A stretch of DNA of 64,000 nt from Clostridiales bacterium (GTDB lineage Bacteria; Bacillota; Clostridia; Ch29): NCBI GenBank assembly GCA_012523075.1, contig JAAYJF010000075.1, positions 21,009-85,008 on the forward strand. Reading direction: 5' to 3'. Numbering within the stretch: position 1 is the stretch's first letter; each line of letters starts with the position of its first letter. A model generated the notes under the pieces. It was not told the origin of the DNA, did no database searches, and saw nothing but the letters and a program-made list of their open reading frames with translations. A program made the translations under genes and the position numbers. Positions 18,531-28,269 of the stretch are shown in pieces.

Positions 18531-19664
18531 CTATCTTGCCACCGGTTCAAAGTATAGTTTGCCCGTAGAAATATATGCCACATAATTGTTCTCCAACAGG
18601 TATATCGCTGCCAAGTCCCTGTCAAACACTTTGTCCGGCATTCCCTTACCGCCCAGGGGCACCGTCTTTAACCTCCTGCCCGAAAAAATACCTATGCAAT
18701 CCTGCCCCTCCACCAATCTCGTAACCCTTTCACCGTGCCGGAACCGCCCCATCTGGATGCCTTCCCTGCCGTACAGCACCGTTTCGTCGCTACCGCCCCC
18801 GGGCACGCCACTTCGATAGTCGTCGCTCACCGTTATCGCGGCTGCCCCTTTGTCGGTTAACAGGGCCCTTGTTATATAACCTTCCACCTCACTGCGCCAG
18901 AGCACGTCCCCTCCTTCGCTCAAACCCATTAGGGCTTTTTCAGTGAGCACAAGAAGGGAACCCTCATCGGTAAACCTTATACCCAAAACCAAGCTGTCCC
19001 TATAGCTTTTCGCCCACAGTATGGAGCTTTCACTGTTATACAATATAACGCTTCCGGTTATGCTTCCGTCCTTTATATCGGCGGTGGACACCGCTATTAA
19101 GGCACCGTCCCGGGAAACCGAAACATCCGTAACCTCAGCACCGTCAATCTGCAGATACGAGGTCTCCATGCCCCTTTGGTTAAACACCTCCGCTACCGTC
19201 CGTTGCTGATGCCGTGATATTACCCAGATATGATGACTGTCGGCACCCATTCTTATAATACCGTTTGACGGAGTAACCTGCCACAGGTTCTGACCCTGAC
19301 CGTCAATACCGTAAATAACACCCTTATCCACATCCGCTATTGCAATTATTTCCTCAAGACCCGCAATATAGGGCTTCTTTATATCAATGTGCCTTTCCCA
19401 AAGCGTACTGCCGTCCCCGGCCTGTAGCTTAAGGGTTGTCCCCCGCAGGCACACCAGTTTGCCGGAAAACACCGCAAACCCTTCCCCCGTTCCACCGTCC
19501 CCCTTATAGTCGGAAACTCGTATAAGACTGCCCGGGTTGAACTCCCTTTTTAACAGGGCAGAGTAGAAATAGGGGTATGCAAAGCAGGTTATTACAATCG
19601 CTGCCAGTATAAGAAAGGCCAGACGCCCTTTACTCTTCTCTCCCTTAAACCTTTTGTGCCTCAT
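18531..19664 (-). CDS. Hypothetical membrane-anchored protein with beta-propeller-like repeats (DUF5711-like)
   Basis: N-terminal TM anchor, then four repeated ..G(S/D/Q)xLW.. motifs. Start chosen at MRHKRF.. (AAAGGGG ribosome-binding site). Confidence 0.5.
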   Translation of the reverse strand: MRHKRFKGEKSKGRLAFLILAAIVITCFAYPYFYSALLKREFNPGSLIRVSDYKGDGGTGEGFAVFSGKLVCLRGTTLKLQAGDGSTLWERHIDIKKPYIAGLEEIIAIADVDKGVIYGIDGQGQNLWQVTPSNGIIRMGADSHHIWVISRHQQRTVAEVFNQRGMETSYLQIDGAEVTDVSVSRDGALIAVSTADIKDGSITGSVILYNSESSILWAKSYRDSLVLGIRFTDEGSLLVLTEKALMGLSEGGDVLWRSEVEGYITRALLTDKGAAAITVSDDYRSGVPGGGSDETVLYGREGIQMGRFRHGERVTRLVEGQDCIGIFSGRRLKTVPLGGKGMPDKVFDRDLAAIYLLENNYVAYISTGKLYFEPVAR

Positions 19665-19867
19665 CTGGAAAAACCCCTTTGATTCTTTCCTCTTTAATTC
19701 TTTAAAGCCGGTGGAATTCCTTCCCCCTATGGCAAATAGTGTATAAATTTGTATAGAGAATATTACCATGTATTATTAGGCCGGCTACGGAAAAACTGTT
19801 AACTGTAATATTGCCTGCCACCATCAAATAGACTGTTATAAATAGAAGCCTAACGGAGGATCAAACT

Positions 19868-20485
19868 ATGAACTTGTCCCCATCGACTTACTTAGCAACC
19901 GTTGATATAAATATCGCCCTTCCCCTGTCCCGATTCTCGGAGGTTTTTTCCGACTGCTTTAAACATTGTTATACAAGTGACAGGTACCCGGTCATTGTGC
20001 TGTGTATCGGAACCGACAGGTCAACGGGCGACTGTCTTGGCCCCCTTGTGGGACACAAACTGTCCGCCATACACAGCAACAACCGTTTCCTTGTCTACGG
20101 AACCCTGGACAACCCGGTACACGCCAAAAACCTTAAGGAAACCCTTGGGGAAATCCGGGAGCTGTATACCAATCCCTTTATAATCGCTGTGGACGCCAGC
20201 CTGGGCTCTATGGAAAGAATAGGACACATCACCATCGCCGAGGGCCCCCTTCGACCCGGTGCAGGGGTTAAAAAAACACTCCCCAGTGTGGGGGATATGC
20301 ATGTTAGCGGAGTCGTCAACTTTGGAGGTTTTATGGAATACCTTATTCTGCAGAATACTAGACTAAGCCTGGTTATGAGAATGGCAAACATCATTTCCTC
20401 CGGTATACACTACAGCTTCTTGAAACGGGGGGAAAGCCCCTCCTCGGCCCGGTTTGTGCCCCGGAAGGATTGCAGCAGGGTATGA
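19868..20485 (+). CDS. yyaC: Spore protease YyaC (GPR-like endopeptidase family)
   Basis: ..VIVLCIGTDRSTGDCLGPLVG.. ..IIAVDASLG..; ACGGAGGA ribosome-binding site. Confidence 0.85.
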   Translation: MNLSPSTYLATVDINIALPLSRFSEVFSDCFKHCYTSDRYPVIVLCIGTDRSTGDCLGPLVGHKLSAIHSNNRFLVYGTLDNPVHAKNLKETLGEIRELYTNPFIIAVDASLGSMERIGHITIAEGPLRPGAGVKKTLPSVGDMHVSGVVNFGGFMEYLILQNTRLSLVMRMANIISSGIHYSFLKRGESPSSARFVPRKDCSRV

Positions 20486-20487
20486 AT

Positions 20488-21126
20488 TCAGCCCTCCGCT
20501 CGCTGGGCTTTAAAGAGGTCCATCACTTCCCTGTCGGAAGCTTGATGAAAGTCCTCGTAAAACATACCGACTGCATAGAAGGGATATGGGCTTTCAAGGC
20601 ATACAACCTTGTCCACCACCTCCAGCAGGTCCTCTACCACATCGTTGGGGGCCACCGGTACCGCAATAACTATCTCGGCCGCTCCCGACTTCTGAATGGA
20701 TTTAATGGCTGCCTTTATTGTAAAACCTGTAGCTATGCCATCGTCCACCAATATAACCCTTTTACCTCTTATGGATACTGGAGGCCTGTTTCCAATATAA
20801 AGCTTCATTCTTCTTTTTATTTCGTTTATCTGAGAGTTCTTCTCCCTTTCTATGTATTCCCTGCTGACATTAAGATACATAACCATCTCCTCATCCAGTA
20901 GCAACGTTCCATCTTGGGTCACGGCGCCAATGGCAATCTCCCTGTTAAAGGGTGCCCCTATCTTTCTAGGAATTATCAAATCCCACTGGCATTTTAGTTC
21001 TTCCCTTATTGCATTGGCAACCAGCGCCCCTCCCCTTGGCACCGCCAGTATAACCACGTCTTCTCCCCGGTATTCTTTAAGATGCTTGGCCAGCTCCAGG
21101 CCTGCCGCCCTTCGGTTCTTAAACAT
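20488..21126 (-). CDS. Phosphoribosyltransferase-family protein (COG1926)
   Basis: PRPP-binding motif VILVDDGIATG. Confidence 0.75.
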   Translation of the reverse strand: MFKNRRAAGLELAKHLKEYRGEDVVILAVPRGGALVANAIREELKCQWDLIIPRKIGAPFNREIAIGAVTQDGTLLLDEEMVMYLNVSREYIEREKNSQINEIKRRMKLYIGNRPPVSIRGKRVILVDDGIATGFTIKAAIKSIQKSGAAEIVIAVPVAPNDVVEDLLEVVDKVVCLESPYPFYAVGMFYEDFHQASDREVMDLFKAQRAEG

Positions 21127-21136
21127 CGTATACCCC

Positions 21137-21391
21137 CTAGAAAAGTGAACTGTAAACGCCCCTTTGCAAAATAGCTTCTATTTCGTCAACCGTTTTGCCT
21201 TTCCCGTCTATCATAAGCACTGCGGTGTTATTGTAAGAATCCGCATTATGAAAATCCCTGATACCGTCATGGTATATACAGGCATCCACCCCGGTGTGCG
21301 GCCCGTAAAGGTCCACAACCTCGTATCCTCTGTCCTTAAGGTCCTCTATTAGATTTTGAAATCTGCCATCCACTGCGATTGTCTTTCTCAT
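21137..21391 (-). CDS. YkuS / UPF0180-family small protein
   Basis: 84 aa, MRKTIAVDGRFQNLIEDLKDRGYEVVDL.. Confidence 0.65.
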   Translation of the reverse strand: MRKTIAVDGRFQNLIEDLKDRGYEVVDLYGPHTGVDACIYHDGIRDFHNADSYNNTAVLMIDGKGKTVDEIEAILQRGVYSSLF

Positions 21392-21438
21392 AGCGACACC
21401 TCCAGGAATATTTTCCTCCTGGAACGCCGCTTTTATTC

Positions 21439-22308
21439 TTAAGGCACAATTACTACCAGACCCCCGGGCCGCAGCTCCATATCCGCCGGGCAGGGGCCGA
21501 TTATCTCACCGTCGGAGTTTATGTATCCCTTGGAACATTCTATCCGTATTCTGGCTGCCCTGAAATATTCCACCTCTGGCCGCAGAAGATGCTTACCCGG
21601 GTATATTAGCGGGAAGAGCCTCAAAATCCTCATCTTCCGCATGTCTTCCACAAGGCACACGTCGAACAGCCCGTCATCCACCACCGCCTTGGGGGCTATC
21701 TTCATGCCGCCGCCGTAAAATATGCCGTTGGCCACCGCCACCAGCACCGCCCGTTTCCTTATTGTTTTGTGCCCGGTCTCCATCTCCATATCAAAGGCTT
21801 CATAACCGGTCAAAGCCTTAAAAACCCCAAGGACGTAAGCAAGGGGTCCCGGTATCCTGTCCTTGATTCTATTGGTTTCCATAACTACCTGGGCATCAAA
21901 CCCAACGCTGGCCACGTTAACAAAACATTTTCCGTTCACAGTGCCGACGTCCACCGGCCTGGTTCTCCCCTGTAATACACAGCCCAGGGCCCCGTCAAAG
22001 TCCAGAGGTATCTGCAGCGTTCTTGCAAAGTCATTGCCCGAACCCGCCGGAATCACACCCATAACTACGCCGCTCATCCCTATGCCGTTAACCACTTCGT
22101 TTACTGTCCCGTCTCCTCCAACGGCCACCACAACATCACAGCCTTCCCGGACTGCCTTGGCGGCCTTTTCCACAGCATCACCCGGTCCGGCGGTGATGTA
22201 CACGTCTACCTCATGGCCCCTATGCTCGGTGGTCTCCCTTATCTGGGGCACCCACCCGACTGCCTTCTTTTTGCCCGCTACGGGATTTACAACATATCCA
22301 ATCCTCAT
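21439..22308 (-). CDS. Diacylglycerol-kinase-family lipid kinase (YegS/DagK-like)
   Basis: MRIGYVVNPVAGKKK..; GGDGT motif VVAVGGDGTVNEV. Start chosen by the AGGGGGT ribosome-binding site. Confidence 0.85.
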   Translation of the reverse strand: MRIGYVVNPVAGKKKAVGWVPQIRETTEHRGHEVDVYITAGPGDAVEKAAKAVREGCDVVVAVGGDGTVNEVVNGIGMSGVVMGVIPAGSGNDFARTLQIPLDFDGALGCVLQGRTRPVDVGTVNGKCFVNVASVGFDAQVVMETNRIKDRIPGPLAYVLGVFKALTGYEAFDMEMETGHKTIRKRAVLVAVANGIFYGGGMKIAPKAVVDDGLFDVCLVEDMRKMRILRLFPLIYPGKHLLRPEVEYFRAARIRIECSKGYINSDGEIIGPCPADMELRPGGLVVIVP

Positions 22309-22870
22309 ATTAAGATACCCCCTAACCGCAAAGCTATCAATGCTTCCTGCTCTTCTTTCTTTTAAAGGGGACACCGGCTTTGGCTTTTTTCGGTATACTA
22401 CACCTCAGCCCCTCGATACTGTCTCCGGTACTGTTCCTCATTAGTTTGTCCAGCCTGGCTCTAAGCCTTTTGGTTTTCGCCTCCGTAAGGTAGTGCAAAA
22501 AAAATAAACTACTACTCCGACGGCGCAAAGAATTGTTACAATCGTATGGTTTAATTGTATCATTCAATAAACACGTCCGAATTGGCTTTGTCCCATCCTT
22601 AACATCAGTATATATTCTACACCAACAGACAATTTCCTTCTGGTGGGGCTGGACAGGACCGCCAAAAATTTGCCCGCTGACCCTTTATTCCTGTTTTACC
22701 CAGGGCCTGATACCGGGAATGCCCTCCTCCGGAGAGCATTAGCAAAGGGCTTTTCCCAAAAACAACCTGCATCCGGTATATACTTTACCATATAATTATG
22801 CTAGACTATCATTATAAAAATAGGAAACAGGCCGCAACCAAACCATGACGGCCATTGAGGAGGGCGAATT

Positions 22871-23947
22871 GTGCAGCATTACCAGAAATATACAATATAT
22901 TTTTTCAAGACCCTATTCGTAATCGGAATAATACTTGCTTTGTATTTATTTATTACAGGCCTGTTTACCTATATTTTACCCTTTATAATAGCCTGGATTG
23001 TTGCGCTGCTTATAAACCCGGCGGTGGACGTTCTCCAAAAAAAGGCAAAGCTGCCCCGGGGGTTGATTTCCATATGTTTTGTGCTTATGTTTTACGCCCT
23101 TTTGACTCTCCTTGGTATTGCCGGAACCACGCGGCTTATGGTGGAGCTGAGCAATATACTGGATCGCCTGCCGCAGTATGCCGTAGCCCTAAGGGCGGCC
23201 ACCGAGGACATGGTATCCTACGGCCAGAATATTTATATTAACCTGCCTCCAGAGACCACCGAGCTGGTGAAATCAAGCATTGTAAACCTGATTAATTCGT
23301 TAACATCTGTAATCAGTGTAACCATAGGCCGGTCAATGAGCCTGCTTACCATAGTCCCAAAAACTTTATTGTTTGTATTAGTCACTATTATTTCTTCGTA
23401 TATGATGAGCAAGGACATGTATGAGATAAGAGGTTTTCTTGCTTCACAAGTACCAAAGACTGCCTTAGATAGGATAAAAAGTGTCTACAACGACCTTCTC
23501 AAGGCGCTGGGAGGATTCATCCGGGCCCAGCTAACCATTATGGGTATAACCTTTCTGATAACAATATCCGGTCTTTACCTGATAGGCGTTTCCTACGCCC
23601 TAACAATGGCGATAGTAATCGGCGTGGTGGACGCTCTGCCCATATTCGGCACCGGGACTGTAATAATACCCTGGGCAGTTATAAATATTTTCATGGACAA
23701 CTACCCCAAGGCCATTGCACTGCTGATACTCTACGGCGTTATTTTGGTAACAAGACAGATAATAGAGCCAAAAATAATGGGCAGAAACATAGGCTTGCAC
23801 CCGCTGGCAACGCTTATATCGCTGTACCTGGGCATGCGGATTTTCGGAGTAATGGGTATCCTAATAGGTCCTCTGACACTAATAATTATAAAAGCCTTGC
23901 AAAAGACAATGATACTTCCCCGATGGAAAAAAACAAAACAGCCCTAA
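22871..23947 (+). CDS. AI-2E-family transporter / sporulation integral membrane protein YtvI-like
   Basis: 358 aa, 8 TM helices, typical PerM/AI-2E sequence. Confidence 0.75.
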   Translation: MQHYQKYTIYFFKTLFVIGIILALYLFITGLFTYILPFIIAWIVALLINPAVDVLQKKAKLPRGLISICFVLMFYALLTLLGIAGTTRLMVELSNILDRLPQYAVALRAATEDMVSYGQNIYINLPPETTELVKSSIVNLINSLTSVISVTIGRSMSLLTIVPKTLLFVLVTIISSYMMSKDMYEIRGFLASQVPKTALDRIKSVYNDLLKALGGFIRAQLTIMGITFLITISGLYLIGVSYALTMAIVIGVVDALPIFGTGTVIIPWAVINIFMDNYPKAIALLILYGVILVTRQIIEPKIMGRNIGLHPLATLISLYLGMRIFGVMGILIGPLTLIIIKALQKTMILPRWKKTKQP

Positions 23948-24006
23948 AAAAACGTTCACTTAGCGATTGAAAGAAAAACTTAAATGACCGGCTTGGGGTG
24001 GTGCAA

Positions 24007-24057
24007 ATAAAAAACCAGCTGCATTCAAGCGTAAATGCTTGGAAGAGCCGGTTTTTT
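24007..24057. terminator. Bidirectional terminator between the convergent ytvI-like and CBS genes
   Basis: An A-run, the hairpin CAAGCGTAAATGCTTG (extended stem), then a T-run. Confidence 0.4.
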
Positions 24058-24114
24058 ATATTTAAAGAATGGTTACCTGTTAACATCGTGTTTCCCCTTA
24101 AGTTTATACGTTTG

Positions 24115-24756
24115 TTATTTACCGTTAACTAATACATGTTTTATTTTATATCCTTTTTCATTAAGCCTTTTTTCTATTTCGGAAGTATCCAGTACAGATG
24201 ACCTTATTACCAAATCCCTGATTCCATTGCCTGCATACATCGCTATATGGGTAATATTAATATTAAGAGAATAGAATATTTCAGAAATATCTGCTATACC
24301 GCCGGGAACGTCTTTAGTTTCTATGGTTATACGACTTCCTTTTTCCCTAAAGCCCAATAAATCCACATAAGCATCAAATATATCGCTTTCTGTAATAATA
24401 CCCACCAATTTTCCGTTTTCTAATACCGGAAGAGTGCTAATTTTGTTTTGCCTCATTTTGACTGCAGCTTCTTCCAATAAATTGTCGGGCCCTATAGTAA
24501 TAACATTTTTGGTCATCGCTTCTTTAACTGTTATTTTAGACAAAAAGTAGTTAACTTCAAAGATACTCAAAGATGTAGCCTTTGTAGGTGAAACTGTTTG
24601 AATATCTTCTTTTGTAAGTATGCCGACAATTCTTCCGTTATCTACTACAGGAAATCTTTTAAATCCTTTCTCTCTAAAAAGTGCCACCGCATCCGAAATA
24701 GAGGTGTCAGATGATATTGTATGTGGGTTTTTGGTCATTCTGTTTCTTATAAACAT
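24115..24756 (-). CDS. CBS-domain pair protein
   Basis: Two CBS domains (..GFKRFPVVDNGRIVGILT.., ..STLPVLENGKLVGII..); AAAGGAGAA ribosome-binding site. Confidence 0.8.
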   Translation of the reverse strand: MFIRNRMTKNPHTISSDTSISDAVALFREKGFKRFPVVDNGRIVGILTKEDIQTVSPTKATSLSIFEVNYFLSKITVKEAMTKNVITIGPDNLLEEAAVKMRQNKISTLPVLENGKLVGIITESDIFDAYVDLLGFREKGSRITIETKDVPGGIADISEIFYSLNINITHIAMYAGNGIRDLVIRSSVLDTSEIEKRLNEKGYKIKHVLVNGK

Positions 24757-24973
24757 ACTATTCTCCTTTCGATTTTTTATTGTCTTACCGTCTCTTACTC
24801 ACTACAGCGTTTTGCAACCTATTCCTGCAATGAATATTATTGCAGCATTCACCTTAATATTGAAATTATACCAGATATGTCTACTGCAAGCAATACTAAC
24901 AATCTTTTCATGAAATTACACAATAAAGCCCCTATTTGACCACCCTTGAAAGGCAGCTTTTTAATGTGAAAAA

Positions 24974-26119
24974 TCACCTTATCTCCGCTGCTATCTCACC
25001 CACTGCCTTAACCGCAGCCATAATATCCTCTCTGGTATTGAATAGGCCAACGCTAAACCGGATGGTCCCCTGCTCAAGGGTTCCAAGTGTTCTGTGGGCA
25101 AGGGGAGCACAGTGCAGCCCTGCGCGGGTTGCAATATCGTAGGATTTGTCCAGAATATAACTTATTTCTCCCGAATCTCCGTTCAGAATATTTGCAGACA
25201 CTACACCGACCTGAAGTTTGGGGTCTTTGGGTCCGTAGATTTTCACTCCGCCTATCTCTCCAAAACCCTCCAGAAGCATCCCCGTCAGTTCTGCCTCATG
25301 CTTCCGGACAGCGGCGGTCCCCTTATCCAGTATAAACCCGGCACCTTCCCCAAGACCAACTATTCCCACCGTGTTGGGCGTGCCGCTTTCATACCTGTCG
25401 GGGGCCAGAGCTGGCTGTGCCAGGTTTTCCGAGCTGCTTCCGGTGCCCCCTTCCTTCATCTGCATGACGTCCAGCTCTTCGCTTATAAAAAGTCCTCCGG
25501 TCCCCTGGGGTCCAAGCAGCCCTTTATGCCCGGGAAAGGCAAGCAGGTCTATATGCATCTCTTTTACGTCTATGTCATACACCCCTGCCGTCTGGGCCGC
25601 ATCCACCATAAAGGGTATCCCCTTTTCTGCAGCCAGGGCCCCTATATCTTTAACAGGCATAAGGGCTCCCGTTACATTGGAAGCATGGGTTACAACAATT
25701 AGTGATGTGTTTTTTTTGATTGCCCTCTTCACATCTTTTGGGTCCAGCATGCCCTCGGAATCGCATCGGACAAAGGTGGTTTCTATCCCCTTCGGTTCAA
25801 GCGCCGCAAGGGGCCTTGCCACCGAGTTATGCTCCATTGAACTGGTAACAACGTGATCGCCTGCCCTAAGCAGTCCCTTTATGCCTAGATTTAGGGATTC
25901 GGTTGCATTAGAGGTAAACACAATCTGCATGGGGTTGTCTATATTGAAAAGCCTGCATAGCCTCTCTCTGGTCTTGAAAATGGCTCTTCCCGCCTGAAGG
26001 GCAAGCCTGTGCCCCGACCTGCCGGGATTAGCTCCATAATCTCTCATGCATTTATCCATTTCCGTATAAACCCTTTCAGGTTTAGGGAAGCTTGTGGCAG
26101 CGTTATCAAGATAAATCAT
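24974..26119 (-). CDS. Class V aminotransferase / cysteine desulfurase family protein
   Basis: MIYLDNAATSFPKP..; PLP-lysine motif ..AFPGHKGLLGPQG..; GGAAGGAGA ribosome-binding site. Confidence 0.85.
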   Translation of the reverse strand: MIYLDNAATSFPKPERVYTEMDKCMRDYGANPGRSGHRLALQAGRAIFKTRERLCRLFNIDNPMQIVFTSNATESLNLGIKGLLRAGDHVVTSSMEHNSVARPLAALEPKGIETTFVRCDSEGMLDPKDVKRAIKKNTSLIVVTHASNVTGALMPVKDIGALAAEKGIPFMVDAAQTAGVYDIDVKEMHIDLLAFPGHKGLLGPQGTGGLFISEELDVMQMKEGGTGSSSENLAQPALAPDRYESGTPNTVGIVGLGEGAGFILDKGTAAVRKHEAELTGMLLEGFGEIGGVKIYGPKDPKLQVGVVSANILNGDSGEISYILDKSYDIATRAGLHCAPLAHRTLGTLEQGTIRFSVGLFNTREDIMAAVKAVGEIAAEIR

Positions 26120-26150
26120 TTTCAGTCTCCTTCCAGCGTTTACCGGGGAA

Positions 26151-26166
26151 TGTTTCACATGAAACA
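26151..26166. promoter_or_regulatory. parS-like site (TGTTTCACATGAAACA, one mismatch to consensus) in the 5' leader of the aminotransferase gene
   Basis: 15 of 16 bases match the universal parS TGTTTCACGTGAAACA. It is embedded in a longer palindrome GGGGAATGTTTCACATGAAACACTCCCC and lies downstream of a TTGATA-17-TAGTAT promoter. Confidence 0.55.
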
Positions 26167-26272
26167 CTCCCCGGTTTAGTATAAATACACTATATACTAT
26201 GCCTTAGATAGCTAAATATCAACCTTGACTTAAGGGGCGAATTCTATTTCCATTTCTTTTGTTAGCAGCCAC

Positions 26273-27205
26273 TCACAGCCCGGTCTCCTCCCGGACCGCC
26301 GGTCGCCTTGTTGGCCCGGTACTTATAGTCACATGCCGCTCTCCTATTACCAGCACTTTCCCCCCTACCTTTATGCCCTCCGGCCCAACCTTTACGTAAA
26401 TCGCCGAGGGCTTCCCCATGCCGGCTCCCTGTTTGCAGACAATCTCTCCTTCCGTTATTAGGCCCCGTTTCAAAAGGTAGTATCCCAAGGCGCCGTTAGA
26501 GGTCCCGGTTGCCGCCTCCTCGTTTATGCCCACGGCAGGACCGAAATTTCTGCACCTGACATCAAAGCGCGCTGTCCCTCTCTCCAGCGTAAAGGCATGG
26601 ACTCCCACCACCCCCAAACGCCGGGACAGTTCCGCCAGCCCCGGGAAGTCCGGCTCCATAGAGTCCAGTGCTTTTCTCGTAAGCACAGGTACTATTATAT
26701 CCGGTAGCCCCGTACTAATCATTTCCGGCACGGCTTCTTCCAGCCCCGGTATCCCCACCTGTCCGCTTTCAAGGCCAAGGCAAGAGCAAAGGTGCCGCAA
26801 GTCCTCTCCCCCTACCACCCCCAAGGCCCGGGGCTCCGCTTGGCCCATATATACCTTGTCAACCCTTCCCCGCCGAAAACTAATATAGACCGGCAGCTTG
26901 CCGGCCTTTGTCTCCAACATGACTTTTGCGTTTCCATCCTTTCCCCTGACAAGGCCTAGGCCTCCCGCTAGGTAAAAGGCCGCTATCGTTGCGTGCCCGC
27001 ATACTGGCACCTCGCATTCCGGCGTAAAGAACCTGCCGCTAAATCCCTCCCGGCGGGGGCTAATAAAAACCGTTTCCGAAAGCCCTACCTGTTTCGCCAC
27101 CTGCTGCATAGCATCCGATGGCGGGAATTTTTCGCATATGGTCACCCCTGCGCCGTTGCCTCCACTTCCCCGATAGGTAAAAGCGTTAACCAGATATACC
27201 CTCAC
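26273..27205 (-). CDS. PhzF-family isomerase (phenazine-biosynthesis-like protein)
   Basis: 310 aa, GTG start with a GGGGGA ribosome-binding site, DAP-epimerase-like fold sequence. Confidence 0.8.
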   Translation of the reverse strand: MRVYLVNAFTYRGSGGNGAGVTICEKFPPSDAMQQVAKQVGLSETVFISPRREGFSGRFFTPECEVPVCGHATIAAFYLAGGLGLVRGKDGNAKVMLETKAGKLPVYISFRRGRVDKVYMGQAEPRALGVVGGEDLRHLCSCLGLESGQVGIPGLEEAVPEMISTGLPDIIVPVLTRKALDSMEPDFPGLAELSRRLGVVGVHAFTLERGTARFDVRCRNFGPAVGINEEAATGTSNGALGYYLLKRGLITEGEIVCKQGAGMGKPSAIYVKVGPEGIKVGGKVLVIGERHVTISTGPTRRPAVREETGL

Positions 27206-27221
27206 AGAGCATCCCCCTTTA

Positions 27222-27285
27222 ATAGTGGCTAGTGGCTGGTAACCAGAGTTGCTCTTGCTAGTCTGTCCTAGCCACTAGCCACTAT
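27222..27285. repeat. Perfect 16-bp inverted repeat (ATAGTGGCTAGTGGCT / AGCCACTAGCCACTAT) with a 32-nt spacer
   Basis: Seen directly; located just upstream of the phzF-like start. Confidence 0.5.
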
Positions 27286-27408
27286 ACGCTAACCGCTAAA
27301 ACATATGCCTTTGTTTTTAAGCCTTCGGGTCGCCTTGCTAACCGGTTTAAATATGGGCCTTCCCTTGGTGGAGCCTCCCGAAGCTGGTCGCCTGTTCTAT
27401 GTCCTTAA

Positions 27409-27424
27409 TGTTTCACGTGAAACA
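27409..27424. promoter_or_regulatory. parS: parS centromere site (TGTTTCACGTGAAACA, perfect consensus) overlapping the 3' end of spo0J/parB
   Basis: Exact 16-bp universal parS palindrome (20 bp with AA/TT flanks), overlapping the parB stop codon as in B. subtilis. Confidence 0.85.
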
Positions 27425-28264
27425 TTAGCCCCTTATCAAATCTAGAATCCTTTCGAGGTCATCGTTATTATAGTATTCTATTTCTATTTTCCCCTTTTTC
27501 CTGCCCTGAACTATTTGAACCTTTGTTCCAAGCAGCTCCCCAAGCATGCCTTCCATCTCCATAACCCAGGGCTTTTTGACCTTTGCCGCTTTAGCTTTCT
27601 CCTTGCCGGCCTTTGCCATGCTACCAATAAGTTTCTCGGTTTCCCGAACGCTTAAGCCGTCCTTCAGTATTCTTTCAACCACTTCTTTTTGTTCCCCGGC
27701 TTCTAGGGTAATCAACGCCCTGGCGTGGCCTGCCGTTAACAAATTATCTCTAACCATGCTCTGGATATCGGCGGAAAGGCTTAAAAGTCTCAGAGTATTG
27801 GCTATTGCCGGCCTGCTCTTTCCCACAGCCGACGATATCTCGTCCTGGGTCAGTCCGAATTCCTCTGTAAGGGTTTTATAGGCCTCCGCCTCCTCAATGG
27901 GGTTTAGGTCTTCCCTCTGCAGGTTCTCCACCAGGGCTATCTCCATAACCTGCCGCTCATCCAGTTCCATAACAACGGCGGGTACCGTTTTTAGGCCCGC
28001 CATCCTGGCGGCCCGCCATCTTCTTTCCCCCGCCACTATCTCAAACCCTTTATCTAATTTTCTTACCGCAATGGGCTGTACAACCCCATGCTTGGAAATG
28101 GACTCGGCGAGCTCCTCCATTTTTTCCGCATCAAAGTGCTGCCTGGGCTGATTCCTGTTGGGTGCTATATCATTGATGGGCAGTTTCTGCACTCCCTGGT
28201 CTTCTATCTGCGGCAGCTCCGGGATTAGCGCGTTAAGCCCCTTGCCCAACCTTTGTTTTGCCAT
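27425..28264 (-). CDS. parB: Chromosome partitioning protein ParB / Spo0J
   Basis: ParB box ..GERRWRAA..; HTH; 279 aa; downstream of parA. Confidence 0.9.
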   Translation of the reverse strand: MAKQRLGKGLNALIPELPQIEDQGVQKLPINDIAPNRNQPRQHFDAEKMEELAESISKHGVVQPIAVRKLDKGFEIVAGERRWRAARMAGLKTVPAVVMELDERQVMEIALVENLQREDLNPIEEAEAYKTLTEEFGLTQDEISSAVGKSRPAIANTLRLLSLSADIQSMVRDNLLTAGHARALITLEAGEQKEVVERILKDGLSVRETEKLIGSMAKAGKEKAKAAKVKKPWVMEMEGMLGELLGTKVQIVQGRKKGKIEIEYYNNDDLERILDLIRG

Positions 28265-28269
28265 TTATT

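Noticed and set aside
22400-22870. 470-bp intergenic region upstream of the ytvI-like gene as a riboswitch
   Set aside because: I found no recognisable conserved riboswitch core motifs (no T-box specifier/AGGGUGG, no S-box, no cobalamin B12 box). It is more likely a sporulation-sigma promoter region.
26143-27426. TGTTTCACGTGAAACA palindromes as a transcription-factor operator (LexA Cheo box, Rex, CcpA cre)
   Set aside because: The half-sites do not match those consensus motifs. The 16-mer is exactly the universal parS, and one copy overlaps the parB 3' end as in B. subtilis.
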